This document shows positions 56,701-64,000 of a stretch of 64,000 nt of DNA, one piece after another. Each line of letters opens with the position of its first letter. Position 1 is the first letter of the stretch. The stretch is from contig CM119263.1 of NCBI GenBank assembly GCA_051294375.1, positions 27,983,179 through 28,047,178 on the forward strand. The letters are read 5' to 3'. The position numbers were made by a program, and so were the translations under genes. Source of the DNA: Paraspadella gotoi (lineage: Eukaryota > Animalia > Chaetognatha). The notes beneath the pieces were generated by a model. The model was given only the letters and a program-made list of their open reading frames with translations, was not told the DNA's origin and searched no databases.

Positions 56701-59700
56701 ATGGGCGTTGGCGCCGCCGCCGCCGTCATTTTCCGTTTTGGGATTCAATTTAGTTCACGGTAACAAAGGGAAGCTCAAATGTTTAAAAAGTATTTGTGGA
56801 AAAATTAGCATTTAACTATTATTTTTTTCCTAAGATACTATCGGCAACTTGATCGTATTTTTTTACAGCCTTGGCTCCTGGAAAAAATTTCGACGTTCAA
56901 GCACGTGCGGAGTTCACATCTTCCGGCATGCCCGCCGTTTTTGGCCAGCCGTCGGTAGGAGTTCTGAGTTTCCTTTGGAGTCACGGTTGAATTATACGCA
57001 AGTGTGCGAAGGAAAATTCTTTTAAATTTTTACCGTTAAAACTGCTATATACTATTAAACTACTATTAAACTATAAAAAAAGCATCAAACATTATTAACC
57101 CAACCCCGACTCTCTTCACGCCTTCTCAGGGAGATCTTGCGCTGCTCATGGCACGTAGGAACGATTCAAGGCAGCCTTCACATGTCTTTCCGTCCATGCA
57201 GCCAGAGCCCCCGCGCACTCTGCGCGGCGGACAGAGGACTTTGGGTCAGGTATCGATAGGCGAGCACAGCGGCTCGTCAGGCGGCCGCCCTCTTTGCACG
57301 CTTGATCGCTCTTCTTGGCGGAGTTATTACGGGTGAGTAAAGGGGAAAGAGTGAGTGAGTGATGTGTTCTGTTCTGTCTGTCTGTTTGACTTTTTTGGTA
57401 CTGATTTTTTTGATATTGTCTAGTATTCAATCGGATTTATATTATCATATCTATCTAATTCTATCTATCTTATCTAATCTATCCTCTTTACATTGGACGT
57501 TTCACTTTCTTCTAATACTCCAATTGTTCCCTATTCTCCCTCCATTGCCTTCCCTACCCTTCTGCCTTTTCCCTTCCTGATGCTCCTTAATCCCCCCACC
57601 TTTTTCCGACCCGCCCCTTCCAAAGGCTTCATCTCAACATCCCTTCTCTTCCAACGCTCCGCGAGAGTACCTCTTTGAAGGATTTTTCTCTGGGAAGTCG
57701 GAGCCTGAGAAGTCGGCCGAATCTTTGGGAAGAGGAACAGGGGAGTCACGAAAGGCCGAAGACCGACTCGGCGCCATCCCGGGCGGACGATAGACGTTTC
57801 GCTCTCTCAGGCCGAGGCGCCTTTGATTGCGCCGGCAGATAGGATTTTCGGCGGCCATGATTGTGGGCGGTTTCGGGCGTGAGGGGCGGAACCCAGATCC
57901 CCTGAACGCCAATCATCTTCATTACAATTTACCAACTAAGAATTAAGTTTGAGTCTTTACGGGATTGTTCAAATTATTGTTTTTTCTTTATATTTTTTAA
58001 TAGATTTTTTAGCCCAGTCACTGGAGGCGGGCTCTTCGGGCTATTGTAGAGGGTGTATGCCCCTTACACGCCTGGCGCTGAGCAATGGCTATCCTATTCC
58101 GGGATTGATGAGCTTGCATTCATAATTTTTCTTTAAATCTCTTTATTTCATTGGTCGATTGACTTTAACTTCGGCTTTATTCATTCCATTTCTAATCTAT
58201 AACTTCCAGTGTTTCGTTGTCGCGTTTTTTATTGGTGATTTGGATGCGTTTCTATATTTCACTTACTGTATTGACTTAATTAGATTCTCTCGGGTTGTTA
58301 ATAATATTTTGTATGGCCTTTATAAACATTTTTATGCGTTTTCATAGGGCGTAGTTAAGAGATAGAATCAGAAGTATGCTTTGGGCCGATTCAGAAATAA
58401 TCTCTTTTTTTTTTCAAATCGCCATTAACTTTTATTCATTCAATTTTTAGATGGCTCGATTTTAAAAACGTTTTTCATTTTTTTTTCTGTCAATTCTTTA
58501 AATTGACTTTTCGATTGAGGGAAACTGGAAAGCGAGAGCGAGAGAAATTGATTTGAAAATAGTAGTCACGAAACGAGGATTTTTCGTTTTCCGAAACTTT
58601 TGATAAGGAAAGGTGAGGTGAGCTGGGATCGACTTTGGTCAAGACTGCCTTTTTTATGAGTTGGTGATTGGCCGCGGGGGAAGGGTGAAACGAGAGACGA
58701 GTTTTCGAGGCGAGAATTCGGTGTCAGTTAGACTTTACCCATCGTTTTTTCTGTTTTAGAGGGCCTGCTTGGGAGAAAAGAAATTGATACTTGGGCTGAA
58801 GCGCTCTCTGGAGAAGGATTGGCTGACTGGCTGTGGCTCTAGAAAGAGTTCAGGTTATAAATATGGGAGGACAAGAGAGAGAGAGAGAGAGCGAGAGAGA
58901 TGAGAGGGAAGCTCGAGAGAAAGGTTTTTTTTTTACAAACTTTATGCATAAAATTTAAAATTTTACGCTACAAACGCCTAGAGTTGTTGCTCGTTAAAAA
59001 GGAAACAGAAACTAGTTGTAACAATACAGTGTATGTCTTATGCCACACGTCATCAATCACCGAAATAGATCCCCGACAGGGACGAAATTGTCACGACGCG
59101 CCGTCGCGGTGATACGTGAGAAGGGATACATCCGCCGCTGTTGGCGCAAGAGTGAAGGGCACGAAGGTTAACTTGCTTCCGATCTAAATAGGAATGGGGG
59201 CCTTGTCAAGGTTCATTTGCACATACCATAAAACAAATAATTTATTTGCTTCAAGAATGATATTCACGTACGGTTATGAACAGAAATGGTAAGGAGAGAG
59301 ACAGAACTGATTTTTTACTCTCAAAAAACAATCGTATATAAGTTTTATTTGGAAATAGAACGTTAAAATTAATACCAAAGATAAATGACCCCCGGTAGTT
59401 TGGAATTTATTCGGTCTTTCATACCAGAAGAAAAAATTGAACTTAGTAGACTAGAAATAAAAATTTTTATTCGGTGATGAAAAAAAATAGCACAAGTACC
59501 TTCGAAGACTTTCTGTCTTTCTCTAGGTTGCCCAAAGTTATGTATTTTTAAAATTAACATTATTATTTCTACGAAGTTTCAATTTTCATTCTGGGTTATG
59601 CAAAGACCCGATAAATGCTCACACTATGTCATCTTGATCTAATCTGCCAAATCATGACTCTGAAAATCTATTCAAATGACGTAGTGTTGGTATATATTTA

Positions 59701-62700
59701 GTTTAACGAACCGGATACTTGTCGAATCGAGTTTTTCCGCTACGTAAGTGACAGTTTTCGATCTCTTTGCCGTCATTTTTTAGTTTCAATTTCCGGATGA
59801 CCTAATAGAACAAAAAAGAATAATAACAGTTTGGTTTAGTTAAGTATGTTTTAATTTTAAGAGATGCGACGACACTTAAATCAGTTGACAGTTTTCTCCC
59901 GCGCCCTTGCTTTCACGTTCGATGCGGACAGAATCCACCGGACCTGATTAGCAGCGCCACTTCTCGCCCTACCTTCAATGTGCAGGTACCTTTCCTGGAC
60001 CACACTCCAGCCCTTACTTCCTCGCTTAATCCTTCCTGTCCTGACTCACTCGCGCCCCGGCTTTCTCGCCTCACTTTTAATTTACAGTTCCCTACCTGCA
60101 TTCACTCGAGCCCCGCTTTCGCCTTACCTTTCAGTAGCGACACAGCAATCCTGCCTTACCTTCTATGCCGACAATATCCTGCCGACCTCGTCCGACGTCT
60201 GCATCGTCAGCGCCAAAATCACAATCGACAAAGGAGTTTTCTTCTTTTCTGTTGCTGATAGACGGAGGTTGGGACTCTTGGCGGCGACTTCCTCAGGGGA
60301 GAGCGCCTTGCGAGGGCGTTGGTTCCAATGTATTTTATGAAATATTATGAAACAGGGCAGGTGCTCTGTAGTTAATAAACTGGAAAGTTGAAAGATCTTG
60401 ATTGAAAGCTAGCGGGGTTAAAAACGAAAAAAAAAAAAAAAAAAGAAAAACGGTATGATTATAGTTGTTATCTTTTAAGAGCGATTAGAGAGACCTTCTC
60501 TCCATAGGCATGTCCAAGTCAGGGGGCAAGATCGCTTATTTATTAAAATTAAGATGAATAATTTCTAAAATTTAATAAAGAAAAACTGCTGCGTCAACGA
60601 ACAAGTCAGACGATTCTCATGTTAGTCGAACAAATGAAAATTCCTTGCAGAATCCGCACCAAGGATTGTTTGTTTGGACGTCGTTGAAGACGTATTCCCC
60701 GGTATGAATTCTTCATCTCTACGATGTTCTCGGAGGTCGCTGCAGGTTGGGCGTTCGAACCGATTTCACATAATTGCCTAAATTATTAAAAATGTAAATT
60801 AATATAATTTTCTAAATTTTTTGTATTTAGCGCTGAAGATTTTTGACCTTTCCATCCCTGTTCTTTCTTTACAATCTTGAACTGCGCGGGAATTTCGCTC
60901 AACGTATCGCTTTTAACAGTATCTCAATCATTAACATTATTTATATCACTTAACCATTTCTAATTTCATACTCCTATTTTTTGGATTTATTCTCCTTTCC
61001 TTTCGTTACGATGACCACAGTGAGAATAGAGACAATTGCGCTCGATTAATTATCTCTTGCCTGAACGGACGATAATAATGATAGATAGTTTTATTCTGAT
61101 TTGATTTTTAGTTATTTTTTAATTTTTTGCTGTTTATATTTTTCTGTCTTACCATTTATAATCATTTTAACAACATCGCTATATACGCCTTCAGACAGAC
61201 AATAAAAAAACTCTTTTTTGTTTCTTACCAAGTCAGCTCGCCTTTTGCTCGTTGCCGGACAGATGGCGAGCTTTCCTCGCTGTCGAAGGGATTGGCCCTC
61301 TGCCGTAGCGACGTCGACGCGACGAACGCACCATACTTCTTCGCGCCAGGGAATTATCGATCAGGGTTTAGAAGACTGACTCGGAATATTCGACCTAGAA
61401 ACAAAGGCAACGGGAAGTTGTACGAATTGCAACTTATACTTTTGTTTGACTATCAGTCTAAATTTACTTTTTTTGGTGTTTCGTGAAGGCAGTTTTAATA
61501 TTTTTATTTAGTCTTTTGTTTTATAGGTGTCAGTACCAGTAAAAAAATATAAAAAGAATTCCGGAATAAACAAACATATGAAAAAAAATAAAATAAAACA
61601 AATAAACCGATTTCATAATTAATATTATTTTGATTGAAGAATAAATAAATGAATACTTGTCACCGTTTCCACCACCATTGACGTGCAATCTGTCCAATTC
61701 TTTCGGCGAGCGTTTCAACGCGGGATTCGATTGGGGAATGAAAAACCGGACATGCGCGAAGATGTCGTCGAAAGCACAATCCTCGGCGAAGAACTCCCCT
61801 TTGGGAGTCGTGACTGTTTGAAAACAAAAGATCAGTCCGAGAACAAACAGGTATGAGAATGTATCGAAAAAAATACAGATTCTATCATGAGTGTTGATCA
61901 TTGAATTAATGTACTAAAAAGCGAGAGCACATCACACATTTTTTTTTTTTAAGTCATATAACTTTACAAAGGTAAAGAAAGGATTTTAACGAATTTCCAG
62001 TCTAAATATTACCATTTATAAGACCATTTTGTCTTGATTTTAAAAGTAAATGTTAGATTTTTTGAGTAATGTGTAATTAAGACCTCGGCCAAAGTGGAGA
62101 CGACGTTCCTCTCTTCGATCCGTCCCGCGTCATGAGTTCACGATTCCAGCGTCTTGTGAGTTTTTCATGTGTAGGAGGAAACGCGATATTTTCTCTTCGA
62201 GAATTTTTAAAACCTTAATTGAATTAGGACTTTTTAGATATTAGTTAGTTCCGGGTAAACTTTTAATATATGTTTTACTTTTATTTTTCTTGTATATTCT
62301 ATTAATTCTTATTATTTCATAATTACATTATTATTGTATTATTATTATTATTATTCATTATTATTATTATTTATTATTATTATTATTATTATTATTTAAT
62401 TCTTAATAGTTTTTATTCTTAGTTATTTTAGTATAACTTTTAAATACTTAGAGCAATTCTTTCGACCAATATGCAAAGATCGACAACAAACAGCCGGCGT
62501 GTAAACCTATTTGTTATTTTTCAAAAAGTTATATAATAAGGATGTCATATACCATGATATAAATAATTTACCAAATTGATATCAAGGTTTTTTAAAAAAA
62601 TCAAAAAACCTCGTGGATGTGTTTCTTCCTTTCCTCCATTTTGAATGGAAAAGCAAAGTTATTGGAAATACTTTGATATTTGTTTATGTGTCTGAGAATT

Positions 62701-64000
62701 ATTTTATTTTAATTTTTTTTTTTTTTTGTCAACGGGACTACAATTGTCGTTCTGCTGTCGGAGGTTTTTATAAGAAAAGAAAACCAGTTAGTTAAACTTG
62801 GCAATATTTTAAGGGAGACGTAAAGAACCTTTGATTTAAAATTAAATTTTGTCGAAATGCCTTTTATGTTATCAAAAAGAAATGAATTCTATCTTATCAA
62901 CGTTATTCAAATGGTTGTTTAAAGGATCATCACCACGCAAGGAGATAATTTGAATTAATTGATTTGTTTTAGGTAATTCGTAGTAGGATTACAAGTGTTT
63001 TTTAAATTGTAATCACTACTACAAGATTTTACTTTAATAAAATTATCAAAACTTTCTTATTTTTGTCTATTTACTTTTTTTTTTTAAGTTTTGAAGGGTT
63101 ATTTCTTCTATATTCCACCAAAATAAGAACAACTTTTAAATTTACTGCTTTTGGATATTCTTTGGCGCAATTGTTTCTTTTTCCGTTTATGGACATTCTT
63201 TTGCTTAAAATATTAATTTTTGCAAACTTTCCTTATTAAATTTTTTCACTCTTGAGGATTAGACCTATTCTCCCAAACGTTGAGTTAGGGAAACAATTGA
63301 TGTCGATGCAGCCTTTCGCCACCTTTTGGAAATTTTTTAAAAGAAATTTCCAACAAAATGCAGGAAATCTCTTCCGAAGCTTCCCCGGAGCCCCAGAAAA
63401 AAAAAAATATCCTATGCATCAAAGTGTTAGACACGCCGATTGCGGGCTTCTGTCGTTTGACTGGCGCGGCGTTGTTTCGCGTCGCGGCGTTGTTTTTGAT
63501 GTTGGCGGCGTCGGCGCCCGAGAGAAAACGCCGGCGGCAGACCGGAATCTCGATACGTTCGTGTTGCGGGGTATCATCATTAGGAGAGGAACTACCAGGG
63601 TGATAAAACTTGCTTTATTTGAGTAATATTGAGTTTTATTACGCGTGAGATTTATGATGCATGAAAGTTTTTTTGTTACGAGCAATGAGGCCGTGAGGAA
63701 TGATTATGGAAGCTATTCTCTAATAATCTTTATTAACTATCCTATTATAAAATAAAAAAAATGAATTCAAAAATACAATCACGCAGATCTAATGCCTTTT
63801 CCTTCCTGCCGCAAATCTTTCCTTTTCGTTTTCCCGCTTTTCCCTTTTTTTCCGTCGAAGCCGCGCCAGCGCCAGCGGAGGTCACTTGCACTGTTCTCTC
63901 CGGAGGCGGGAGAAAGCGCAGCGGGCAGAGAATGGAGAGAGGCAAAGTCACGGCGTGAGCAGGAGCTCTCTTTTAAGAGACTCGATATCGCCCTTTTGCG
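56701..64000 (+). repeat. Indel-rich tandem copy of 47725-55043 (Rh exons 8-11, whole DSD gene and its upstream region); probable assembly artefact
   Basis: Starts immediately after an N gap with atgggcgttggcgccgcc (=47725) and stays collinear to the window end. Differences are mainly 1-nt and homopolymer indels spread evenly over exons and introns. Confidence 0.93.

Overview
AT-rich, microsatellite-rich, intron-containing eukaryotic DNA, most likely from an invertebrate animal (inferred from the gene set and repeats), in a gappy draft scaffold. Four host genes can be assembled by hand. They are a VWA5A-like VIT+vWA gene (+, 29.7-35.8 kb, two 1-nt frameshifts), a coiled-coil/RING-HC gene (-, 37.3-40.4 kb), an intact 11-exon Rh-type ammonia channel (+, 44951-48880) and a convergent, intact 11-exon D-serine dehydratase-like PLP enzyme (-, 50130-53728). 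The RING gene's exon is split exactly at a TA by a ~2 kb TIR element whose removal restores the frame. A frameshift-riddled Polinton/Maverick (adintovirus-like) gene block lies at ~9.6-14.2 kb and is invisible in the ORF track. Small duplications that copy splice junctions recur in VWA5A and DSD. Two large duplications (a ~3 kb-arm palindrome at 20.2-26.6 kb and a noisy 7.3 kb tandem copy at 56.7-64 kb) both abut N-gaps and look like unpolished long-read gap fill. All identifications come from manual translation and motif recognition; no searches were run.
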